Positions 52,860 through 64,000 of a stretch of DNA of 64,000 nt are shown piece after piece (positions within the stretch are counted from its first letter, which is position 1; each line of letters begins with the position of its first letter). The notes under the pieces were generated by a model. The model had not been told where the DNA came from. It did not search any database and worked only from the letters and a program-made list of their open reading frames with translations. Made by a program: the position numbers and the translations under genes. The DNA comes from Octopus vulgaris. Lineage: Eukaryota. Where the stretch lies: positions 37,882,001 to 37,946,000 of the forward strand of contig OX597828.1 of assembly GCA_951406725.2 (NCBI GenBank). The letters are read 5' to 3'.

Positions 52860-54120
52860 GTAACGTTTCTAACGAAGCCTGAAATCTGGAAAAGTGGACT
52901 AATCGATTATATCGACCTAAGTTCTTGATTAGCAATATATTTTATAGAACCCCGAAAGGATAAAAAACAATCTTGACAACGGTGTTATTTGAGCACAGAA
53001 AAGTAAAATACGGAAGAAATGTTGCTCAGCTGTTTGTCGGACGCGCTAACGATTCTGCTTCATCGCTACATTAAGTTACATCACTCCTGTTCTTAACTCG
53101 TACTTTATTTTATCGACCCCTACACACGAATGGACGAAATGATAAGTTGACCTCAGCGGGGTTCGAGCGGAAACCTTTAAGGAACCGAAAGAAATGTAGC
53201 AGAGCATTGCATTTTGTCCGACGCGCTATCAATTCTGCCAATTCGTTGTGTTACATAAGTTAACAGTGGCTGGACCAGTATTGCAAATAGTATTTGATCG
53301 AATCATACTGGTGAGAATTTGAAATGTCCATCACTGTTCATCATTGTTGCAAATCTCCCAAACTGATTCGGGGGATGTTCAAATAGCAAAGCTGCGCGCT
53401 AATGTCTGTCACATATAACGTGGACTTTGAAGAAACTGGCGGATCCGGTCCGAATCCTAACAACTGATTGCCCTCTTTCAGATCCAACCAAAATCCAAGC
53501 ATCAGTATTACCGTTGATCAAGATGACCAGAGATCCAAACCTTTCCATAAATGACCGATGTACCTTTTTATAAATAAATTCCTTTTATATCTAGCAATAC
53601 ATATTCTAATGTGTCCTTCGTTTTTTTTTTTTTTTGTTTTTTTTCCTTTTTCTTTCTTTCAACAAGCTTGGATGTTTTATTTGAGAAAGATTTATCACAT
53701 GATTCTGACTAAAGCGCTTAAGTTAACTCGGGTTAATTGTTGTTATTATCATTGCGATCTTGCAGAATCGTTAGCGCGCCGCACAAAATGTTTACCGGAA
53801 TTTCGTCGGTCTTTACACTGAGGTTCGATTCCGCTTAGGTCGCCTTCGCCTTTCTTCCCTTTGGGGTCGATAGAATAAGAATCAGTCGAGCATTGAGGTC
53901 GATGTAACTAACTCAGCCCCTCCTTCGAAATTGCTGGCCTTGTGCCAAAATGCTTAGCGGCATATCTTTTCGTTTTACGTTGAGTTCAAATGCCGCCCAG
54001 GCCGACTTTGTCTTTCTTCTCTTTGGGTTGGACAAAATAAGTACCAGTTAAACACTAGGGTCGATAAAATCGATTTTCTTCTTCCCTCAAATTGCTAACC
54101 TTGTGTTAAAATAAGAAAAA
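52860..54120. mobile_element. Cluster of old family B SINEs (two minus, two plus) around a possible old RTE RT fragment (53290-53560, minus)
   Basis: ATCGACC/GGTCGAT central domains and GCAGAATCGTTAGCG heads. Minus-strand GQSVVRIRTGSASFFKV..ALLF weakly resembles the RTE RT region around GVRQG. Confidence 0.6.
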
Positions 54121-55706
54121 ATATTATCGCTGTTGTCGTTGGTTTTAATATTTAATCAGCTAGGTTAGACTAGCCACACAAGATATTCCAATCAGTTCAG
54201 TTAGACCAGACGCCCAAACTAGTTCAACCGGTCAAGTTTGAACTGCCGCCCAAGTTAGTCCAAGGGCTACGCTTTGTAGAATGTATTTCTATCTATTAAG
54301 AGACACATGTTTAAAACAAATGCAACCGTAACAGCTACAGTGTAATAAATTAATTCAACGCGTGTGTGGTTAATGATTCATTAGAAGATTGCTCGACAAT
54401 TTTCTTCATTTAATACACTTTTTCATTTATTATTTAAAATTATATTACATCAAAATTATCAAAAATGAATAAAATACATAAACGTTTCATGGCGCATAAA
54501 ATATATTAAAGCATAACATAAAATTACACATACACACATACACACACACGCACAACACACACACATGCACGCACACACTCTCTCTCTCTCTCTCTTTCAC
54601 TCACTCACACACGCACATGTTTATGGCTTTTGTAATTAGTTTTCTGCTTTTGCCAACGTAATTAAAATTATATTCTTTCTCACAAAGTCTACGAAAATTG
54701 ATGGATGTGTTCTCGCTACCTAATAATATATTTCATCTAACCATATATTAAAATTTTCACTTAAGTACCAATAAAGCAGTTCACTTTTTATATGCTTAAA
54801 ATTGTCCTCTCCTTCACCACAGAAATATTGTTTCTCCTTTAGTATTAGGCAAATGATATTGGATGAGAGTAATAGTCGATTAAACTTCATTAGGAATGTG
54901 TTTTATCAAACCCGGGGGAATGAAAAGGAAATGAAAATTTTATTTTGGTGGTAGTTGTACTCAAAACATGGGAGACCGGAGCAAATACTAAACAGTATTG
55001 AGTTTGAGACTAACTATTCTGCAAGTTCATTTTTTAACCCGATATTGTAGTGGTTACTTAGCAGAGTCTTTGGGTTCAAACCCCACAGAAGTCGACTTAG
55101 TTTCTTTCGATGCTGAAACGTAAAGTAACGGGGACAGATTGCCCTCATTTTCTCGGTATGTCTGCCTTTCTCACTTCCGGAAAAAATAGCGATTGGTCAA
55201 AATTATAACGGATGGGCGTGTCGGGGCTTGAAATGTAAAGTCACGCCGTATATTACGACGATGACCCTATAATGAAGGTTCTGAAAGACAAAAGCAAAGT
55301 AGGGCAAAATAAATATTTATGTGACTGTATTGTTTTGAGTGAGTGTTTATGTGTGTATACGTATATGAAACTAATGTTGCAATCATGATCTGTTCCGTTC
55401 GAACTGACTGCATTACAATATGAACTGATAACTTCTACCATCCGAACAGCGAGGGCGAAATTAGGTAGATGGAAACATTATGAAAATCACCAGGAGAATG
55501 TACCACGACTTCAAACGACCAACTTTGCCCATACGCTGTCTGGACGCTGAAATGTTCCTGGCTTTCAGGGTATCACGAAAGCCTGGTTGGCGGTGCTACT
55601 TTCCGTGTTCTTTTACAGAATTAAAAATAATAACTGAAGGACCATTGCAATAAGTGTGTGAATCTGAGAGGGGAATATGTTAAATTAGCATAATTAACTG
55701 CTCTTT

Positions 55707-55920
55707 AGGCGGCGAGCTGGCAGAATCGTTAGCACGCTGGACGAAATGCTTAGCAGTATTTCGCCCGTCGCTACATTCTAAGTTCAAATTCCACCGGGGT
55801 CGACTTTGCCTTTCATCCTTTCGGGACGATAAAATAAATACCATTTGAACACTGGGGTTGATGTAATCGACTCATCCCCAGCTCCCTAAGCTGCCCCTGT
55901 AGCAAAATTTTGAAATAATA
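55707..55920 (+). mobile_element. SINE family B (alternative tail)
   Basis: AGGCGGCGAGCTGGCAGAATCGTTAGCACG...GCCTTTCATCCTTTCGGGACGATAAAATAAATACC. Confidence 0.85.
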
Positions 55921-56131
55921 ATTAACTGGTCCTCCTGTATTTTCTTTTACCGAAAGCCAGAAACTTTTCAGCTCACCATTTTTATTTTTGTAGAATAAAA
56001 ATGGTGATCTGACAGTAAATCCATTTATGACGTAATGAGGAGGCATCTACGTGCTTGCACGATGATCTAGTGATAGCAGCCAAAACTCCTTAAACTCACA
56101 CTGTACCTTCTTTAACAGGAACAGACTGGAA

Positions 56132-56716
56132 TATCGTAAAATATATTTGTCAACTAAATGTGGCAGTCCCATAGAGGTTGACGTTACTGTTGTTTTTAGC
56201 CCAAGGGAAACATCTCCTCCAACTCGCTAACGACACACTGTCTGTGTCCGATTAGTATTTGCGAGGTGAGGTCATCACTCTCATATCTAGCCTCACGTGG
56301 TACACATAGACGCGGGTTTCTGGATAGTTACCTGTCTTTAGTGTGTGATGAAAACCAGCAATTGATGAAAACTCAATCAACTCGCCAAATACTATATACT
56401 TTTTCCAGCGAAAAAACTGTCGCTGATCTCGACAAAGAAGAAATAAGCTATATTAAATCTCCGAGCGAGAGGTAAATAGTAACAGTACGGAATCGTATAA
56501 TATATTTGCCAACTAAATGCAGCGGTCCCATAGAGGACGATGTCACTGTTGTTTTAGATAGTGTGCTGTTGGCCAGCTGGAGGAGATGTCTTCCTGGTAC
56601 TAAAAACAACAACAGTAACATCGTCATCTATGGAACCGCCACATTTAATTTGCAAATATATTTTACGATTCCGTACTGTTACTGTTTACCTCTCGCTCAT
56701 AGATTTAGTATAAACT
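56132..56716. repeat. Partial tandem (~359-bp period) plus inverted copy, pLTR-like arrangement
   Basis: ATCGTA.AATATATTTG.CAACTAAATG occurs at 56133 and 56492. 56558-56716 is a reverse-complement copy forming a ~110-bp hairpin with 56445-56557. Confidence 0.8.
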
Positions 56717-56899
56717 GAAATATGCAGTCCTAGAATGATCAAAAGAAGTGATAGGGAAAGCAGGCTTACCTTTCTAAATATATATATGCAGAACTTGTTT
56801 GGGACAGATCGTCTTTCTGCTATATACGCATATATCTATACATTTGTTTGTATGAATGTATACACATACACAAGTATGTATATATATAATACAAATAAT

Positions 56900-57250
56900 A
56901 TATATGCACATATGGGTACAGGGTATCACCAACAGTAAACAACATGAAATACGGTAAATTTCGAGGACGTAAACACACAAACATCGTTTGTGAAGCGATG
57001 GTGGTGGGGGAACAAACACAGACACACAAATACATACACACACACACACATGCGCGCGCGTGTGCACACACACACACACACACACACAAACACGCAAACA
57101 TATATATTTCCGTCTACCAAGTCCACTCACAGGACTTTGGTCGGCCCGAGGTTATAGTAGAAGACTCTTGCGCAAGGCGTCGCGCAGTGGGACTGAACCC
57201 GGAACCATGTGGTTGGGAAGCAAGCTTCTTAACACGCAGTCACTCATGCG
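56900..57250 (-). mobile_element. SINE family A with internal (CA)n
   Basis: Reverse complement of the family A head and body. Confidence 0.8.
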
Positions 57251-57514
57251 ACTATATATACACATATAAAACATGCATACATAGATAAATACGCACGAAC
57301 ATTTATGTAGGTAAATATATATATATGCATGCACGTACACATGTATATGCTTACGCTATTGTTTGTGTGCGTGCGTGTGTATGTGTGTTGTAGGCGTATA
57401 CTTGCGTGTATTAGTGCGCGCGCCATTTGTATTCGACAATTTGATATAAACTGTATTACTGGAGTTTACATACGAACAGGATTAAAGAAAAGTTGGAAGG
57501 ATTAAATAAAGACA

Positions 57515-57783
57515 CCCACGTGCACGCACACACATGCACACGCACACACGCATACACGCGCACACGCACACACGCGCACACGCACACACGCGCACACGCA
57601 CACACGCGCACACGCACGCACACATGGACATAAGCACCATAGACATAAACATGCACATATGTGTATGTATTCATAGCAACCTCCACAAACTCATTGGTTG
57701 GTATTCGTCTATATGTTGCACGAAATTTGTAGTCGGTGACATTTAAGATTATGCGTCGGTAGAAACACATGCGCTTATACACA

Positions 57784-57820
<37 letters not shown>

Positions 57821-59345
57821 TTCCTCTCGCTCGCTCTCTCACGCCCGCGCACACACACACAGACACACGCGCTCACATATAAATATGTATTCATATGCGC
57901 ACACAAATATACAAGTGCATTTAGATATATCCGTGTACAAATATCTACCTAGATCTCGCATGTCACGCGAATACCACATGATAACACACACGCTAAAACT
58001 GACGTGCATATGCACGTACACACAGACACACGCAAAAACATAGATGACGTGAGCGCACATGCTCACACACACATACACATGCACACCCACACATGCACAC
58101 ACAGACACACGTACAGACCCCCCCTACACACACACACACACACACACACAACACGCACGCAAACGCACGCCCCCCCTTCACACACACACACAACACGCAC
58201 GCAAAGACACACATACACACGCACGCACTAACATGCACACGTAGACGCACCTACACACACGTACACACATACTACACATACACACACATACACAGACACA
58301 TACGCACATACTGCACGCCCAAACACACACACGCAACACACGCACAGACACATACACACACATGTACGCACACAGATGCACACACATACTACACACACGC
58401 ACATAGACACATACACACACACTACACGCCCAAACACAGACACAAACACACGATACACATACACACGCACGCACTCACACCCACACGCAGACACACGCAC
58501 ACTCATACTACACATACACACACGTACACAGACACATACGCACACACTGCACGTCCAAACACATACACACAGCACACACGCACAGACACATATACACACA
58601 TGTACGCACACACACGCATACACATACTACACACACGCACACAGACCCATACACACACACTACACGCCCAAACACAGACACAAACACACGAATACACAAA
58701 CACACACACACACCCGCACACACATACCACATGCACACTCATACTACCCACACACGCACACAGACACACACACTACACGCCCAAACACAGACACAAACAC
58801 ACGAACACACACACACCCGCACACACATACCACATGCACACTCATACTACCACAGGCACACAGACACATACACACACACTGCACGCCCAAACACCCACAT
58901 ACAACACACGCACAGACACATACACACACATGTACTCACACAGATGCACACACATACTACACACACGCACACAGACCCATACGCACACACTACACGCCCA
59001 AACACAGACACAAACACACGAATACACAAACATACGAATACACAAACACACACACACACCGCACACACCCGCACACACATACGACATGCACACTCATACT
59101 ACCCACACACGCACACAGACACATACGCACACACTGCACGCCCAAACACATACACACAGCACACACGCATAGACGCATACACGTACATGTACGCACACAC
59201 ACGCACAACACATACTCATACATGTACGCACACACGCACACACATATAACACACGCACACAGACACATACACACGCACTACACACCCAAACAAAGGCACA
59301 AACATACGAACACTCACACGCACGAACATACACACACACTCGCAC
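57515..59345. repeat. (CA)-rich compound satellite with higher-order units
   Basis: Recurrent CACTACACGCCCAAACACAGACACAAACACACGA and CACTGCACGCCCAAACAC blocks in 58250-59330. Confidence 0.9.
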
Positions 59346-60389
59346 ACAATACTACAAGTGTTGCGTGACATAGCTGACATTTTGTTTTTCTCGTGACAAC
59401 GTCTTCAGTTTTCTGTATGTGTTCAATACAATTAACCGTCGGGAGAGAAAAAGTGATTTGATTAGTTAAAACTAGATTATATTTATTTCTACTTATACAG
59501 GACGGGGCAGGGAGGTGGGATGTACTTGAAATGGCTATTACTCGGCACCAGGGGGAAGGGACATAATGGTACCATTCGGCCCGTGGTGTCTTAGCATTTT
59601 GTTTTTGTTTTCAGGTGAAGCCATGGCGCTGTGGATGATAGAGCATCGCATGTTTGCCTAGGACAGTTATGTGAAGAATATCGAGTGTGTCATACTACGT
59701 AGTTTAATCTGAGCTTCGACGCCACTTCAACATTCACCGAAATCAGGTAGTTGCCACCCGTAACGCAATCTTACGTAGAGTTAATGTACTTCGTATACGA
59801 GATACGCTAATAAATAGGAGACCGTTGTGGCGCCACGAACGGTAAAATTATGCATGAAGACTTATATTCTTTTCTAGATTGGCCCCCAGTACGCAACTGG
59901 CACATAATTTATTGACCCCGAAATGATTAAAAGCAAAATCGACCTGGGTGGAATTTGAACTCAGAACGTAAAGGCATACTAAATACTGTTAAGCATTTCG
60001 CACAGCTTGCTAACGTTTCTGCCAGTTCGCCGCTTTGTATCGAAGCTTATATTAAATTGAAAGAAAATACAAGGCAATATAAAGAAATATGACACAATGC
60101 ACAGAAAACCGCTGAAACATAGAGGAGCGGATCTTGTGATGAAACTAAGGAAAAGTATGTTTCTATTGGTTCTTCAATTGTTGAGGTTATGGTTGTGTGG
60201 TTAAGAAGCTCTCTTCGCGACCACAAGGGTTCGAATTTAGTGCCACACCACGGCACTGTGAGTAAGTGACTTTTGGGATAGGTCTTGGTTCGACCAAAGT
60301 TCTACTCGTAGGTAAACGGAAACCGTGCGTAAAACCTGTCGTTATGAAATTATATATTTCATATGTCTTCGTCTTTTACTTGTTTCAGG

Positions 60390-61540
60390 CAACAACTTCA
60401 ATAAACTAAGACGATAATGTGCAGATCTTTCACTCCCATTATGCCAAAACCATGGCCTTTAAATACCTTGCCTACAATAACACAGCCATAGTGGACAACG
60501 CCAAGTTCATTATTCTTATAGCAGACTTGGTGAGAGTGATGAGGAATGTGTTTCGCGTGTGCGACCCTATGGAATTGGAAAGATACTTACAAAACTTCAT
60601 ACACCGCATGTAGTTCTCCGACTAGAACCAAAGAGACAGGATTAGAGTGTATAAAGAACCAGGGCTATGTACAGATCCATCATAGAGAGTACCGCGATGG
60701 GGATCTGTCCACAATACAGGATAAAATTCTGGAACAGCACACAAAGGACCAGAAAAAAGATAGATAAGACCAACTCATGGTATGACAATAAAAATACCAG
60801 AGTGTCATGATCCTCGATGTTACCCCTGGCGGCGAATTAGCATATCTTTTTAGAAAAACATTAGATAAGGCCAATCTACGGATTAAAGTAGCAGAAATGC
60901 CTAGTGCCCCTATAAAATCCCTGATCTGTAGAACTTATCCCTTGGATAGGTCCCCATGCACGGAGAAGAATTGTATTGTATGTAGGATGAACCCACAGGT
61001 TAACTGTAAGGTTAGGAATATAGCGTATAGCTTACGATGTACTGAGGGACGGTGCGAGACATGACAACTCCATTGGAGAGACATCAAGCAGCATAGGAGA
61101 GCGTATAGGTGGACAACTGCGAGAGCTCAAAGAAGAGAAAAGCTCGTCAGTGTTCTAACAACATGCTCAAGCAGACCATAAATAGCATAGAGGTCAAATA
61201 GCATAGAGGTCAAAATATTTATTTCTTTATTGCTCACAGGGCATAGAGAGAATAAACAAGAACAGACAAAGGGATTACATCGACCCCATTACGCAACTGG
61301 TACTTAATTTATCGACCTCGAAAAGATGAAAGGCAAAGCTGGCCTCGGCGAAATTTGAACTCAGAACGTAAAGGTAGACGAGATACCGCTAAGCATTTCG
61401 CCCGGCGTGCTAACGATTCTGCCAGTTTGCCGCTCCCATAGGGGTCAAAATATTATCAATGCTTAGAACTGACATGACACTTAGACAGATCACAGAAGCT
61501 ACATACATAGCTATAGACCGATATATACACAAACAATGAG
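60390..61540 (+). pseudogene. Penelope-like element C-terminal half (thumb, Cys-rich linker, GIY-YIG), Neptune-like
   Basis: HSHYAKTMA...ILIADLVRVMRN...TPGGELA..LRIKVAE...CTEKNCIVC...NCKVRNIAYSLRC...IGETSSSIGERI...SVF*QH...KILS..DMTLRQITEATYI. Interrupted by a SINE. Confidence 0.8.
61220..61436 (-). mobile_element. SINE family B inserted in the PLE endonuclease region
   Basis: 18-bp TSD CATAG(A/G)GGTCAAAATATT at 61202-61219 and 61437-61454. Confidence 0.9.
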
Positions 61541-61645
61541 CATTGGGCAAGCGTCTTCTGAAACCGGAACCATGTAGTTGGTAAGCAAGCTTCCTACCAC
61601 ACCGCCACACATACACACACACACGCACACACACGCACGCACACA

Positions 61646-61697
<52 letters not shown>

Positions 61698-61980
61698 CAT
61701 AAATATATATAAATAGACACATTTAAATGCGTTTATACAAACCAATACGTATTCACTTATAAACACTCACTTCCGTATAGCACGATGTTCACAATCGGCG
61801 GCCATTAGAGTTGATGTCAAAAGCGTAGTAATAAATTTTTTGACATACATTTATAATCATATACATATACTCAGGCCATTTAGATATATGTATACACATG
61901 TATGTAATTAGATATCCCAAGTCACGCAAATAACCAAAAGTACAAAACTCACACACACGCATACTTAGCAAGTCATACAT

Positions 61981-62059
<79 letters not shown>

Positions 62060-62581
62060 CACACATACACACATGCATATATATGTACACGTGTCTACAC
62101 ATACGCTCTTTGTGTATGTATGCATGTATTCAGTTATGTATGCATGTATGCATGTATGCATGTATGTATGTATTTATGTATGCATGTATGTATGTATGTA
62201 TGTATGTATATATGCACCTTTGCATGCTAAATGCTTACACATGACGGTTTAATAGTTGATGTTTGTTTCTCGTGACAACATCATTAGCTTTCAATACTTG
62301 TTCGGTTGAATGAACTGTCAAATCATTGTTAAGTTAAACTTGATCGATTTCTGACTTACGCAGTTAAGTTAATGTCAATGGTGGATAACATTGAAAGATG
62401 TGGTTAGTTAATAATTGGATTATATTTGTATTTATTTGGCTAACATTGTCTGATGTACGTAACACTATCCGTTGTGTGTGTGTGTGTGTGCCAGTAACAG
62501 TACGTATGAGTTTATGCGTGTTTAGGTGACAAACAGATAGATAGATTGATAGTAAGATAGATACACAGACAGATAAATAGA

Positions 62582-62652
<71 letters not shown>

Positions 62653-62653
62653 G

Positions 62654-62711
<58 letters not shown>

Positions 62712-62732
62712 TTTAGATAGATAGATAGATAT

Positions 62733-64000
62733 GTTTCTTTATTAGCCACACAGGGCTGCACACAGATAGAACAAATTACAAGGTAGAGCTTTTCTTTTGA
62801 AGGTTTAAAAAAAAAAAAAAAAAAAGGAAGGGGGAGTTTCGATCAAAAGGGATCGTAAAAGGAGAGAAAGAGGACAAAAAAAGGGGGTTAAAAAAAAGGG
62901 GGAGAGGAAAAAAAATTGATCAATAGGGATCGTTATCACAGAAATGTCAATATGAAGTGTAAAGGGGAGGACAGGTGAGGTTTACCCGTGGAAAGAAAAG
63001 CCTACGGAAAAGACCACGGTAACCTCGGTCAATGAAGTCACATTTTATATTTCTTTTTTTTTTTTTTTTTTTGCAAATAAGCAACTCTCTGTTTTCGATT
63101 TCTGGGTTCATAGGACTATGCTCAAGGTGGCTTCGTCATTCATACGTGCCATTCTTGCTACATTCACCCATCTTTTTTAAAACATTCGCTAGACAAAACT
63201 TGCCTCTCTACTCTCACTTTCCTTTTCAAGTGGTACTTGAAGAAGTTGATGAGAGATTGACCAGAGAGGAAAGTGTTTGTCTCCAATCCTTTCAGACGCG
63301 TCCACCAGATACATTCCTTCGCCATAGCCACAAGGATGATGAAAATAGCTCTTCCTTCCCGTTTGAAGGAAGGAGGCGTGACAATATTGACGATAGACTC
63401 AGCTGATAAACCGACTCGTCCCACACGTGACAGCAGTTGTTCGACATAAGCCCACAGGTCGGAAATTGTTGGACACTGAACGAGTGCGTGCAGAACGGTT
63501 TCATCGCTCTGACCGCATCTCGGGCAGGTCGGCCCCGTGTTTCTCGAACCGTGTCTGTAGAGCTTATCCCGAACGGGTAGCGCTTCTCGGTAGCACTGCC
63601 AGGCCAGGGATCTCTGGAAGTTGTCCATGGGCCCTGGCCCGAAAGTCGTCCTGAACAGGCGGGTCAGGTACTCCTCGTCGACGTCCAGGTTCGCCCCGAG
63701 CTCGTCGTCGTACCTCCCCTCCACTAAACCCCTATAGAATGCTTTGGTTGTGTTGAAGTCACTTAAGGTCGACCCAGGACGGCAGAGTTGCTTGAGAGCA
63801 ACGCGACACTCGCGGTGCCATTCGCCCTTCCTCGGCCTCTTTTTGATCCACGACTGCAGTTCGGTCATGGAGACGAGCTGCGGGAAAGCGTGCCTCACAA
63901 ACGGCGACCACACCTGTTCACCGTCGTCTACATAGAGCCAGAGATGTCGCAGTCTCAGCGCGTGTCTGCGCATCATCAACCACGGCATGCCCAGCCCTCC
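62733..64000 (-). mobile_element. Tx1/L1-clade LINE, 3' end (continues beyond the window)
   Basis: GC-rich ORF2 C-terminus, a ~430-nt 3' UTR ending GGCTAATAAAGAAAC, directly followed by (TATC)n at 62535-62732. Confidence 0.85.
63164..63988 (-). CDS. LINE ORF2 C-terminal region with zf-RVT-type CCHC finger (partial)
   Basis: Uninterrupted 274 aa including SLAWQCYREALPVRDKL...CPRCGQSDETVLHALVQC...W. Confidence 0.85.
   Translation of the reverse strand: MPWLMMRRHALRLRHLWLYVDDGEQVWSPFVRHAFPQLVSMTELQSWIKKRPRKGEWHRECRVALKQLCRPGSTLSDFNTTKAFYRGLVEGRYDDELGANLDVDEEYLTRLFRTTFGPGPMDNFQRSLAWQCYREALPVRDKLYRHGSRNTGPTCPRCGQSDETVLHALVQCPTISDLWAYVEQLLSRVGRVGLSAESIVNIVTPPSFKREGRAIFIILVAMAKECIWWTRLKGLETNTFLSGQSLINFFKYHLKRKVRVERQVLSSECFKKDG

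Noticed and set aside
55165-55250. Promoter-like cluster CACTTCCGG, GATTGG, GGGCGTG
   Set aside because: No associated first exon or CpG island; more likely part of an interspersed repeat and not supportable from sequence alone.
58093-59368. 359-aa and 330-aa His/Thr-rich ORFs
   Set aside because: Translations of (CA)-rich satellite that lacks stop codons by composition.

Overview
AT-rich, repeat-saturated eukaryotic non-coding DNA. It is most likely octopus (coleoid cephalopod), inferred from the tRNA-derived SINE families and the extreme microsatellite load. No host protein-coding gene can be supported, and nearly all listed ORFs are translations of (TA)n, (CA)n, (CAT)n, (TAG)n, (TTC)n or (GATA)n tracts. 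Recognisable coding remnants are all transposon-derived: three Penelope-like element (PLE) remnants, an R4/Dong-like RT, a young RTE 3' end, a Tx1/L1-clade ORF2 3' end, an old CR1-group LINE, and mariner and maT/Tc1 fragments. Non-coding mobile elements include a complete non-autonomous Helitron, a Tigger/pogo-type MITE and more than 30 SINE copies. The most interesting signal is a set of small non-coding modules, mostly in or next to (TA)n tracts, that combine asymmetric fold-back (inverted) termini with hammerhead ribozyme (HHR) motifs. One HHR is fully canonical (15470-15540). One sits in a perfect 143-bp inverted repeat (26835-27145). One repeat family (29.1 kb minus strand, 46.3 kb plus strand) carries HHR core segments in a non-circularly permuted order, with different but complementary stems in the two copies. 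Family assignments are by-eye motif recognition, no database search was run, and many element boundaries are approximate.
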